Origin: a virus
Taxonomy: Duplodnaviria > Caudoviricetes
IMG/VR virus record: IMGVR_UViG_3300021091_000091
Coordinates: 1 to 55,329 of that record
Direction: 5' to 3' (one strand)
DNA: 55,329 bases
How positions within the stretch are numbered: position 1 is the first letter of the stretch; the number at the start of each line of letters is the position of its first letter. The position numbers were made by a program, and so were the translations under genes. Of this stretch, positions 9,267-17,485 are shown in pieces. The notes beneath the pieces are model-generated. The model was not told where the DNA came from. It saw only the letters and a list, made by a program, of their open reading frames with translations, and did not search any database.

Positions 9267-11801
9267 TTATTTTTCGAAGAAGATACCTAAAATCTGATTT
9301 AGCGGTGCAAATGCACCTGTCAGTTTATAAGTGTTTCCACCATATACAAATACAATACCCTCATTTGGTACAATCTTATCAAATCCGCCTAAAGCATTTA
9401 ATCTCTGCAATTCTAATTTAAGTTTTTGTACTTGCTTAGGGTCACCACTTGCTTTTACCTGTTGTATAGTAGATTCCAATCTACTAACCATTTGTCTTTT
9501 TGCAGCTTTTGGATTTGCTGTAAGAACTGAACTCATAAACGAAAGAACTTCTGCCCCAACCCCTAAAAATATTTCTTCAAACTTCATTAGATTTTGTTTT
9601 GATATTTTTTGCTGGTCTTGCTTATCAGTCTGCTCAGCCCAAGCTTTTAATTTAACATCTTGAATTGTATTAATACGGAATGATTTATCACCAAAAGCCC
9701 ATCTTTTAACTAATCCTATTTTTTCTTGTGTGTCTAATTTTTTTGCACTTTTTTCTACAAATTTTGTCCACCAAGCTTGATGATAATCCGCAACACCATC
9801 CGAATCTACTAAATTAAATTCAGACTGTAATTTAGAAATCATTGAAATATATTTTCCTTGTAACTTAGAAAGTTTTTCTGATTTTGGGAGTTTTTGCATT
9901 GGTGGTCCTTGTATTGTGTACTTAGATTGAACATGTCCATTTACCTGTTTAATCATACCAGCCAATATTTTAGCGGCTTGTTGATTTTCTCCAATTATAT
10001 TTCCTTCTTTATCATATTCAAATGTTCCGTGAAATACTAGCAAAGGTTGTCCATAAGGAATTACGTTTACGGATGTTGGGTAAATTACTTCTAAGTTCAT
10101 AAAACAACTACCACCTTTGAATATCATTTTACGTTGTGGCTCTGATAAGGCTGATATTGCTTTTGATAAATCCGTCATTGCGAAATTATATGCATCTGTC
10201 AATCCACCCCTTCCTCCAAACTTTTGTGCAACTTGCCCAATAGTCATTGCACCTTCACCTTTATTTTTGAGATGCGATTTATTTCTTGCAGCAACTAATC
10301 TGCCATTTACCCAACTAATCGCCAATGCCTGTCCATCAGTTTTTTCTCTTGCTAATTCTAAATCACCATTTAAAGCTCTTACTACAATTTGTTTAAGGTC
10401 ACCAAATGTTAATCCCATTTCAATATCAAATGGGTGTGCCATATGACCGTATGCACCACCTTCTAATAAAAGAGATTCATCAATAGGTTCATATTTTTCA
10501 CTATCTTCTTTATCTAATTTGGATTTTAATTTCTTTACATCTTTTGGATTTGGTGCTCCATTAATATATCCATTCGGTAAACTTAAACCAACACCGGCTC
10601 CACCTGGCAATCCCATTTCATCCAACAAAGATTGTTCAAGTTCATCAATAATTTCGTTTATTTCTTCTTTTGATATTATTGTAGGTTTTTGATTTTTAGG
10701 TAGTTCCCAAAATCTTTTAGGTTTTTCTAAAGGAGTTTCTCTTTTCACTTCTTGCCAATCTTCTACGGTATGGGGGTCATCAGCTGGGTTAAGGGTACTT
10801 TGTAAAACATTTTGTACCTTATAATATGCTTTTCTAAATTGAGTTTCAGTATCTTTTGATTTACCCTTACCTCTCATAGCATCTGCTTTTGGTATAGCCA
10901 ATTGTGTATATCCACCTTGTTTATACCAATTTTCAGGTCTATTTTTGCCAAGTATTCTTTTTTGCCCATCAGCAACAAATGATGTGTCCGGTTCTTCACC
11001 GGCTGTAAAACCTGGTCCCGATACTTCATTTAATTTATCTTTTTTTGGAATTCTAAATGTTACGGCTTTTTTACCATTAATTGTTGGCATTCCATATTCA
11101 TCTTTGCTAATAGATTTTACAACAACTTTTTTGTTCTTAAATCTTCCCATTAATATAGTATCACCAACTTTCACATTCAATTTAATTTCTTCATTAATAA
11201 AATCTTTGAGAGTTTTAAGTTTAAGCGTTATTAATTTAAATACCTTTTCATCAAACTTAGGATAAGCTTTTAAAAATCCTTTTTTTCTTTCAGCTTCAGA
11301 ACCCGCACTTAACCAATAACGAACATCAGTACCACTAATAGGATTTGGTTGTGCTGGGGATGCGTACACATAACCTCGTTCTAAATAAGGTTCGATAACT
11401 TTTCCTTTATATTGTACAAAATATTTTCCGCCTAAACGGTCTTCATCTTTTTCTCCAACTACAGTAATAAAACCAGTAGTATCTTCATCAAATTTATTTA
11501 ATATTTCTTCTGGCGCATAAGGGTTTCTAACATTAACAATTTTGTTTGGTGAAATACCAAACATTTTTGTCATAATTACTTTTTTTTCGTTAAAATTAAA
11601 TGGAGATTTTTTTGAATCGGTTATATTTGATGTTCCAATATAAACGTTATCTTTCCCAAACTTTTTGATTAAGTGTTCAAAAGTTGCGTAGTGACCCTTA
11701 TGAAATGGTTGAAAGCGGCCCGAATAGACAACAACCACTTTATCTATCTTTGCCGCTTCTTCCAATATTGTTTCAACTAAATATTTTGTTAATCCCTTCA
11801 T
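9267..11801 (-). CDS. Multidomain polyprotein: HxGH cytidylyl/adenylyltransferase-like domain, small modules, and C-terminal ligase-superfamily nucleotidyltransferase-like domain
   Basis: N-terminal YSGRFQPFHKGH...ISGTDVR is a class I nucleotidyltransferase pattern. C-terminal EKTDG, NLEVIY, EGIVF and YKLTG resemble ligase motifs I, III, IV and V. Domains are bounded by ILEE, INEE, LNE, LDE and LLE. Confidence 0.7.
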   Translation of the reverse strand: MKGLTKYLVETILEEAAKIDKVVVVYSGRFQPFHKGHYATFEHLIKKFGKDNVYIGTSNITDSKKSPFNFNEKKVIMTKMFGISPNKIVNVRNPYAPEEILNKFDEDTTGFITVVGEKDEDRLGGKYFVQYKGKVIEPYLERGYVYASPAQPNPISGTDVRYWLSAGSEAERKKGFLKAYPKFDEKVFKLITLKLKTLKDFINEEIKLNVKVGDTILMGRFKNKKVVVKSISKDEYGMPTINGKKAVTFRIPKKDKLNEVSGPGFTAGEEPDTSFVADGQKRILGKNRPENWYKQGGYTQLAIPKADAMRGKGKSKDTETQFRKAYYKVQNVLQSTLNPADDPHTVEDWQEVKRETPLEKPKRFWELPKNQKPTIISKEEINEIIDELEQSLLDEMGLPGGAGVGLSLPNGYINGAPNPKDVKKLKSKLDKEDSEKYEPIDESLLLEGGAYGHMAHPFDIEMGLTFGDLKQIVVRALNGDLELAREKTDGQALAISWVNGRLVAARNKSHLKNKGEGAMTIGQVAQKFGGRGGLTDAYNFAMTDLSKAISALSEPQRKMIFKGGSCFMNLEVIYPTSVNVIPYGQPLLVFHGTFEYDKEGNIIGENQQAAKILAGMIKQVNGHVQSKYTIQGPPMQKLPKSEKLSKLQGKYISMISKLQSEFNLVDSDGVADYHQAWWTKFVEKSAKKLDTQEKIGLVKRWAFGDKSFRINTIQDVKLKAWAEQTDKQDQQKISKQNLMKFEEIFLGVGAEVLSFMSSVLTANPKAAKRQMVSRLESTIQQVKASGDPKQVQKLKLELQRLNALGGFDKIVPNEGIVFVYGGNTYKLTGAFAPLNQILGIFFEK

Positions 11802-11816
11802 ATAGTTTGTTACTAT

Positions 11817-11824
11817 ATAAATAT
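11817..11824 (-). promoter_or_regulatory. Putative phage late promoter motif ATATTTAT
   Basis: 16 nt upstream of the ATG at 11801. Confidence 0.6.
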
Positions 11825-11830
11825 TTAGGA

Positions 11831-12241
11831 TTACTCTTTTACAACTTTCATACCATTACTTCCATTAGGTATTTTTTGTTGAGCTTGTTGTCTTTGTTGT
11901 TCAGCTAATTGTTTTCTAGTTGGTGCTCCAGGCTGATATTGAACTGTGCCATCCTGTAAATTGATTCTACTTTGTGGGTATTTATCATCTAAAGCATCAA
12001 TTAAATCTCTGAGTTGAGAATTCAATGCTTTGAACTCATCCTCAGCTTTTTCTAAAAAATCATCCATTCTAACTACTTCTTCATTGATTTCTTTTTTACG
12101 AATGTAAATTTGACCGAATTCAGAAATGAGTCCAGAAATTTGTTGATTTAAATCATTTATTGATTTTAGAGTTTCTTCATCAATTTTTGCGATTTCTACT
12201 GTAATTTGTTGAGATTGTGGTATATTATCTAAACCTGCCAT
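11831..12241 (-). CDS. Small coiled-coil protein, paralog of 16767..17024
   Basis: EFGQI...LDDKYPQSRINLQDGTVQY is similar to ELGQV...LENKYPNGEVSLQEGTVTF. Confidence 0.6.
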   Translation of the reverse strand: MAGLDNIPQSQQITVEIAKIDEETLKSINDLNQQISGLISEFGQIYIRKKEINEEVVRMDDFLEKAEDEFKALNSQLRDLIDALDDKYPQSRINLQDGTVQYQPGAPTRKQLAEQQRQQAQQKIPNGSNGMKVVKE

Positions 12242-12267
12242 AAATTATTATTTTTAATTGTTTGTAT

Positions 12268-12275
12268 ATAATTAT
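12268..12275 (-). promoter_or_regulatory. Putative late promoter variant ATAATTAT(ATA)
   Basis: 27 nt upstream of the ATG at 12241. Confidence 0.45.
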
Positions 12276-12283
12276 ATAAATTT

Positions 12284-13030
12284 TTAATTTTCAAACACAG
12301 AAACACCTTTTTTTTGTACAACTTCTTTTGCGCAAAAGTTTGCCCAATTGATTGATTCTATTATATTTTTTGTTTCTAAGTATTTTGCAACAAATCCTGC
12401 TACAAAGGTATCACCGGCCCCACTTACATCTGCATTTTTAACCTTTTCAGTTTTTATAATTTTTCCTTTGTAAGCGGCACCACTACCATCTAAAGTTGTA
12501 ATTATTTTATCTTCCAACCATTTAGATTCTGATATTATATCATAATTATTTTGTGCTTCAAATCGGTTAAGTTTAATAAAGGTTATATCCTTACACCAAT
12601 CGCCTAAACGTTTTTTTGTATCTAATATTATTAAATTATGTAATCTAGAAATTTGTTGTATATCTTCTTCATTAAGAAACCCTTTACAATAATCTGATAT
12701 TATAATTGCATCATATTGTATGAAATCAGGTAAATCGTAAATATCAATTCGTTGAGTGCTATCATTTTCATCAACACGCAAATAAAGTTCATTTGTATCA
12801 TTATTTACATAACGAGTTTTTGTAATATTTCCTTTATCAGAAAAAATATCAACATTTAATCCCATAGCTGATAAATTATTTGCTACATTTCCAGCCATAC
12901 CATCTCCATAAATCTGTTTGAGTGGATTGAATACCGGCCCATTTCCTTCAGGAGATTTTCTTTTAGAAATTCCGTAGATGAAAATATCAGTGCATTGTTC
13001 TCCTATTACCAATATTTTATTTTTTTTCAT
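12284..13030 (-). CDS. PfkB-family sugar kinase, RfaE/HldE domain I (HldA)-like heptose-7-phosphate kinase
   Basis: ILVIGE..TD.FIYG...R.SPE..GPV, GMAGNVANNL, TKTRY, LRVD, IISDYCKG and DVSGAGDTF. Confidence 0.85.
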   Translation of the reverse strand: MKKNKILVIGEQCTDIFIYGISKRKSPEGNGPVFNPLKQIYGDGMAGNVANNLSAMGLNVDIFSDKGNITKTRYVNNDTNELYLRVDENDSTQRIDIYDLPDFIQYDAIIISDYCKGFLNEEDIQQISRLHNLIILDTKKRLGDWCKDITFIKLNRFEAQNNYDIISESKWLEDKIITTLDGSGAAYKGKIIKTEKVKNADVSGAGDTFVAGFVAKYLETKNIIESINWANFCAKEVVQKKGVSVFEN

Positions 13031-13409
13031 TTTTTAATATTTTTGATGTGCTCAACTCTTTTATTTTTTGAAAAAATTCAACTTTTGGTATGTATTCTAT
13101 TCCTATTATTTCGTGATATTCGTAATCATCACCTATAACCATAATATCGGGTTCCCATTCTCTAATTCTATCTATTAATTCTTGATTTGTACTAAATGTT
13201 ACAACCGAATCTACATACCGAATAGATTTCATAAAATGTATTCTATCAGCTATACAATTAAAAGGTCTATCCTTGCCTTTTTTATCTTTTACTCTTTCAT
13301 CTGTATCTAATCCAACTCTGACTATACCCAAATTAGAAGCATGTTCTAATAAAAGAATATGGCCGATATGTAGAATATCAAAAGTACCATTTACCCAAAT
13401 TTTTTTCAT
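13017..13409 (-). CDS. Nucleotidyltransferase, RfaE/HldE domain II (HldC)/TagD-like
   Basis: NGTFDILHIGH, VGLDTDERV...KGKDRPFN...DR, PDIMVIGDDY and LSTSKIL. Confidence 0.87.
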   Translation of the reverse strand: MKKIWVNGTFDILHIGHILLLEHASNLGIVRVGLDTDERVKDKKGKDRPFNCIADRIHFMKSIRYVDSVVTFSTNQELIDRIREWEPDIMVIGDDYEYHEIIGIEYIPKVEFFQKIKELSTSKILKNEKK

Positions 13410-14566
13410 TATAAAAACTTTTCTAATTCTTTTATTACCATTTCAGATGTTATTGATTTAGTACACTCAAATTGTCTATCAGTTCCTTTGTGGTCTGGAC
13501 ACCAATTCCAATCACCGGCATCCAAACGTAATCTATTAAAACATCCTTCACATTTACCCTTCGGTGCTCCAATACGAATACAATTCTCCATTTCAGCCCA
13601 TTTATAGGAAAATCCACTTATTAAAACTGTTGGTACATCTAATGCCCAACTTAACCAACTTAATCCACTACCAATACCAATGAATGCTTTTGATTTTAGC
13701 ATTTCATCCATAACCAATTCTATTGGACCGTTTGGATGTTGTACTATATTAGATGGTAATTGATTACCCATATAATTTTCACCTTCTTTAGATAGTAATT
13801 TTACTATATATCCCTTATTATTTAGCCAATCAACTACATCTTGCCATCCCGTTTGGTTATTCCAAAACTTAGATTGTGCCGTACCGTGAATACCAATACA
13901 CACCTGTTTATATCCTAATTCTATATTTGGATTTCTTTGTTTTATTTTTGGTTTTATTTCTTTAAATCGTAATCCCAAAATATCAGAACACATTTTTTGC
14001 ATTGTCTGGCATTTAGGGTCTATTGGATTTTTGTAAATATTAATTGTGTTATCTTCATTGTAGAATAACCCAATTGAATACATAGCATATAAATTTTCAA
14101 CTACTATACCAGGACTTACAAATTCAATATTTGGATATCTTTCTTCAAATAATGAATTCATAAAAGTTGATACAATCATTTTTGCATTGTGAAGTTTTCC
14201 AAATTCTTCAACATATGGTAACCACGCCAAGCTATCACCCAAAGCTTTTGAATCTAATGCAACATAAACTCTTTTATCTTTTGCATCAAATAAATGCTGA
14301 TACCAAAGTTTGCCGTTTTCATATATTTCAATTTTCCAATCAACAAAATATTCTACATTACATCGTGTCCACATATTATTACTAATTTCAGAATTGTACA
14401 TTACAAATCCTGTTTTATTATTAATAAATTTTACTTGATACTTTGATGCTTTTGCCCCTTTAATTTCTACACTTGCTCCTTTAACAAAATGTACAAATAC
14501 TTTATTATCAATATTTGCTTTATTGTTTAAATTTTTTATTAAATTATTGTATATCATTAACTCCAA
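13409..14566 (-). CDS. Aah/TibC-like (BAHT) autotransporter-type protein O-heptosyltransferase, GT-B fold
   Basis: LGDSLAWLPYVEEF, KFWNNQTGWQDVVDWL, FIGIGSGLSWLSWAL..PTVLISGFS and the Cys iron-finger-like CEGCFN...DWNWCPDHKGTDRQFECTKSIT, as in Aah/TibC. Confidence 0.88.
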   Translation of the reverse strand: MELMIYNNLIKNLNNKANIDNKVFVHFVKGASVEIKGAKASKYQVKFINNKTGFVMYNSEISNNMWTRCNVEYFVDWKIEIYENGKLWYQHLFDAKDKRVYVALDSKALGDSLAWLPYVEEFGKLHNAKMIVSTFMNSLFEERYPNIEFVSPGIVVENLYAMYSIGLFYNEDNTINIYKNPIDPKCQTMQKMCSDILGLRFKEIKPKIKQRNPNIELGYKQVCIGIHGTAQSKFWNNQTGWQDVVDWLNNKGYIVKLLSKEGENYMGNQLPSNIVQHPNGPIELVMDEMLKSKAFIGIGSGLSWLSWALDVPTVLISGFSYKWAEMENCIRIGAPKGKCEGCFNRLRLDAGDWNWCPDHKGTDRQFECTKSITSEMVIKELEKFL

Positions 14567-16728
14567 GTTTTAACTGTCAAATCTAAAAGTGAATATCCTT
14601 CTGCCTGTTTAGAATACATTTTGTTTGTTGTGTATCTTTTTTTAGGGTGATGGTAAAACACATGATTGTACCAAAGGTCACCAACATCCCAACCACAATC
14701 CTTAATTCTTTCCATCCACCACCCTTTAGTTCGATTTGGAATCAAATAACAATGTGCTAAATCCTGATGATGTCCTGTTAAAGAAAACAATTCATCAATT
14801 TTAGTTCTTTCTCTACATGGATTATTTGCGAATGATATAAAATATGCATCGTTTAACTCTGACATGAAGCATGCTTTGTTTACAACATCAACGAATTCTT
14901 CTAATCCAGAGTAAATAAAAGCATCTGCTTCAAATATTAGTGTATAATCAAAATTTTCTTCATCAATTGTTTCTAATGCATTTCTATGAGCTAAATAACA
15001 ACCATAATGTCTACCAGTCATCCAACCCAATCCAGCACCAGGATATAATTCACCTGGTTTATTATCTTTACTAATATGTTCGGGTCTTCTACAATTTTCA
15101 GCAGGCGGTATTCCTTCATAAACTTTATTTACAATTGGTTCATATACCATACCATATCTTTCTAATTGTTGTAGAGATTCTATTGAAACTCTTTCTCTCA
15201 TATCATCAGGCCTAGTAAGCATATGTTTAATCTGAATACGAGGTTTTTTTCTAACAAATGAACGAAATCCTTGATAAAACTGCCCATAAAAGTATTCATT
15301 TGCTGCTCGTGTAACTCCATCAAAAACACCATAATCATCCCCACTAATTATTCCTGCAGGTTTTACTTTATTATACCAAACATTTAAATCATCTATCAAT
15401 GCTTCATAAGAATGGCCAGCATCAATCATTATAAAATCAATACTACTATTTGAAAAATTATTTGCAGCATTTTTAGATGTATCTTTTATTGTATTTATTT
15501 TTCCGTAATTATTTGATTGTACTGTATTATCAACAAATTCATAAAAAATATCTCCATTAAAAGAATTTACAATATTTTGATGCAGTTCTTCATCATCAGT
15601 TCCCTTCCAAGTATCTATTGAAGTAAAATTAATTTCTTTACCTGATTCTTTTATTTTTGATGCCAAATAATTTGTAGATTTTCCAAACCATGCACCAACC
15701 TCAACAAATGTTTCTCCACCAATAGCGCTATCAACAATAGTATTATATAATTCAGAGTATGCAAACCAACCAGGTATTTCATTAAATTCAGGTTGTAGCT
15801 TTTCTAAAATAATTCTTTTTGTAAGTTTTAAATCATCATCAATATAAGTTACTAATGAATTATTATCGTATGTATCTAAGTATGTATGTAACTTTCTAAA
15901 TAAGCAAGGAAGTTTATATGAAAGAGCTTCTTTAACTGATAATGGATTTAATTCTAATTTTGAAGAAAAATAAAAAAGGTCACATGCCTCATAAAATGTA
16001 TCAACATCATTTCTTTCTCCCCACACAATACAATTTTCAGGTTTGTATTGCATTAATGGTTTCCAATAACTTTCAAAGTTCATAGCTTGATTTCCAACAA
16101 AATGAAATTTAATTTTATATTTTTCTAATTGCCTTGCTATAGCAAATATTTCACCTTGATTTTTACCTTGAGAAAACAAACCAACATTAAGAACGTGCTT
16201 CCATGTTGAATCTAGTCCTAATTTTTCCTGTGCTTCTTTTTTATTAAATTGATATTCTTCTATTGGATATTCCCAAACTAAAGTTTCAATACCCAAATCT
16301 ACAAATCTCTGCCTGCTCCATTCCGAAACAAGAACATATCTATCTGGATGAAAAATTATATCCGATGGATTTGTTAATGAGCCATGCGTAGTACATACTA
16401 TAAAATATTTTCTATCTTTTGAAAATAATTTTTCTACAATATCAATAGGTAAATCAAATTCCGGTATTTCTTGAAAATGTATAATATCGGGATTAAAGAT
16501 TCTTATGAAATCAAAAATTTGTTTTTTGTTTTCCCCCAAAGTATGTACTGGTACTAATGATTTAATTCTATTTTTCTGAACTACAAATGCATCCCCACCA
16601 CTATTATTTATTTCAATTACTTCAATCTCAAAATCATTTAAAAAATGTTTAATTTGCTTGTAAGTATATTGAGGTTGGCCACCAGTAGAAAGATGTGGAC
16701 AGACATATAACAATCTTTTTTTATCCAT
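14557..16728 (-). CDS. Trifunctional fusion: GT4-like glycosyltransferase, class I SAM methyltransferase, and GT25-like glycosyltransferase
   Basis: PHLSTGGQPQ...KNQ...DLFYFSSKLELNPLSVKEA (GT4); VEVGAWFGKST...IDTWKG...IMIDAGHSYE...GIISGDDY (methyltransferase); YGCYLAH...IFEADA (GT25-like). Confidence 0.8.
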   Translation of the reverse strand: MDKKRLLYVCPHLSTGGQPQYTYKQIKHFLNDFEIEVIEINNSGGDAFVVQKNRIKSLVPVHTLGENKKQIFDFIRIFNPDIIHFQEIPEFDLPIDIVEKLFSKDRKYFIVCTTHGSLTNPSDIIFHPDRYVLVSEWSRQRFVDLGIETLVWEYPIEEYQFNKKEAQEKLGLDSTWKHVLNVGLFSQGKNQGEIFAIARQLEKYKIKFHFVGNQAMNFESYWKPLMQYKPENCIVWGERNDVDTFYEACDLFYFSSKLELNPLSVKEALSYKLPCLFRKLHTYLDTYDNNSLVTYIDDDLKLTKRIILEKLQPEFNEIPGWFAYSELYNTIVDSAIGGETFVEVGAWFGKSTNYLASKIKESGKEINFTSIDTWKGTDDEELHQNIVNSFNGDIFYEFVDNTVQSNNYGKINTIKDTSKNAANNFSNSSIDFIMIDAGHSYEALIDDLNVWYNKVKPAGIISGDDYGVFDGVTRAANEYFYGQFYQGFRSFVRKKPRIQIKHMLTRPDDMRERVSIESLQQLERYGMVYEPIVNKVYEGIPPAENCRRPEHISKDNKPGELYPGAGLGWMTGRHYGCYLAHRNALETIDEENFDYTLIFEADAFIYSGLEEFVDVVNKACFMSELNDAYFISFANNPCRERTKIDELFSLTGHHQDLAHCYLIPNRTKGWWMERIKDCGWDVGDLWYNHVFYHHPKKRYTTNKMYSKQAEGYSLLDLTVKTWS

Positions 16729-16733
16729 AACTA

Positions 16734-16765
16734 CAAATATACGAAATTATTTTATACTTATCAAA
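16734..16765 (-). promoter_or_regulatory. Bacteroidota primary-sigma promoter (-33 TTTG / -7 TAnnTTTG)
   Basis: Minus strand reads TTTG (16765-16762), 20 nt, TATATTTG (16741-16734), just upstream of the ATG at 16728. Confidence 0.7.
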
Positions 16766-16766
16766 T

Positions 16767-17024
16767 TTATTGTTCAAATGTTACTGTACCTTCTTGTAGG
16801 CTCACTTCTCCATTTGGGTATTTATTTTCTAAATTTTTTAAAATTTCATCCAATTCTATTTTCATTTTTGTAAAGCTTTCTTCTAAAGATTTTTTGTATT
16901 TCTTTAAATCTAAAAATCTCACTTCAACTTGTCCTAATTCAAAAATCACATCGTTAGAATCCGATTGTAATTTTCTTAATTTATCAACAATTTCTTGTGG
17001 TAGTTGTTCTGTTTTTATTGCCAT
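16767..17024 (-). CDS. Small coiled-coil protein, paralog of 11831..12241
   Basis: Shared ELGQ and KYP..I/VxLQxGTV motifs. Confidence 0.6.
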   Translation of the reverse strand: MAIKTEQLPQEIVDKLRKLQSDSNDVIFELGQVEVRFLDLKKYKKSLEESFTKMKIELDEILKNLENKYPNGEVSLQEGTVTFEQ

Positions 17025-17046
17025 AATTAAATATTATTTTATATAT

Positions 17047-17054
17047 ATAAATAT
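17047..17054 (-). promoter_or_regulatory. Putative phage late promoter motif ATATTTAT
   Basis: 23 nt upstream of the ATG at 17024. Confidence 0.55.
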
Positions 17055-17087
17055 ATAAATTTGAAATTATTTATCTATATGAATGAA

Positions 17088-17474
17088 TTAAGACTGAGGA
17101 GGATTAGGAATAATATAAGGAATTGATTTTGTAATATCTCTTAGTTTCTGTCTATACAAAGTCCATTCTGCCTGTTTTTCTGATGTTAGTGGATTATTTG
17201 GTAATTGAGTCCAATCCGAATTTCTTAATAATTCATTTCTTTGAGCTCTTATTTTATTTAATTCAATATTATCCAATACCATTTGAGTATAGGGAACAAA
17301 AGTATGCGCTCCCATTATCCATTTCCATTTCCCAGTTTTAACTTGGGTATGTGCTTCTTTCCATTGTTCTTCGTTAAGTTCAACATTTGGTGTTGGTATT
17401 TTATCACCATGTAATTCACGTGTATAAAATCCAGTGTATTCTCCATTTTCATTTATAGTTGCGTAATATATCAT
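17088..17474 (-). CDS. Tail fibre assembly chaperone
   Basis: IRAQRNELLRNSDWTQLPNNPL...W..YRQKLRDIT is a typical chaperone motif; directly follows the tail fibre. Likely start is MIYY at 17474. Confidence 0.85.
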   Translation of the reverse strand: MIYYATINENGEYTGFYTRELHGDKIPTPNVELNEEQWKEAHTQVKTGKWKWIMGAHTFVPYTQMVLDNIELNKIRAQRNELLRNSDWTQLPNNPLTSEKQAEWTLYRQKLRDITKSIPYIIPNPPQS

Positions 17475-17485
17475 ATTATTTTTTT

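Noticed and set aside
9267-11801. Complete NAD reconstitution (NARP) pathway
   Set aside because: Only an HxGH domain of unknown specificity is present; no Nampt/Namat or PRPP-synthetase-like partner in this window.
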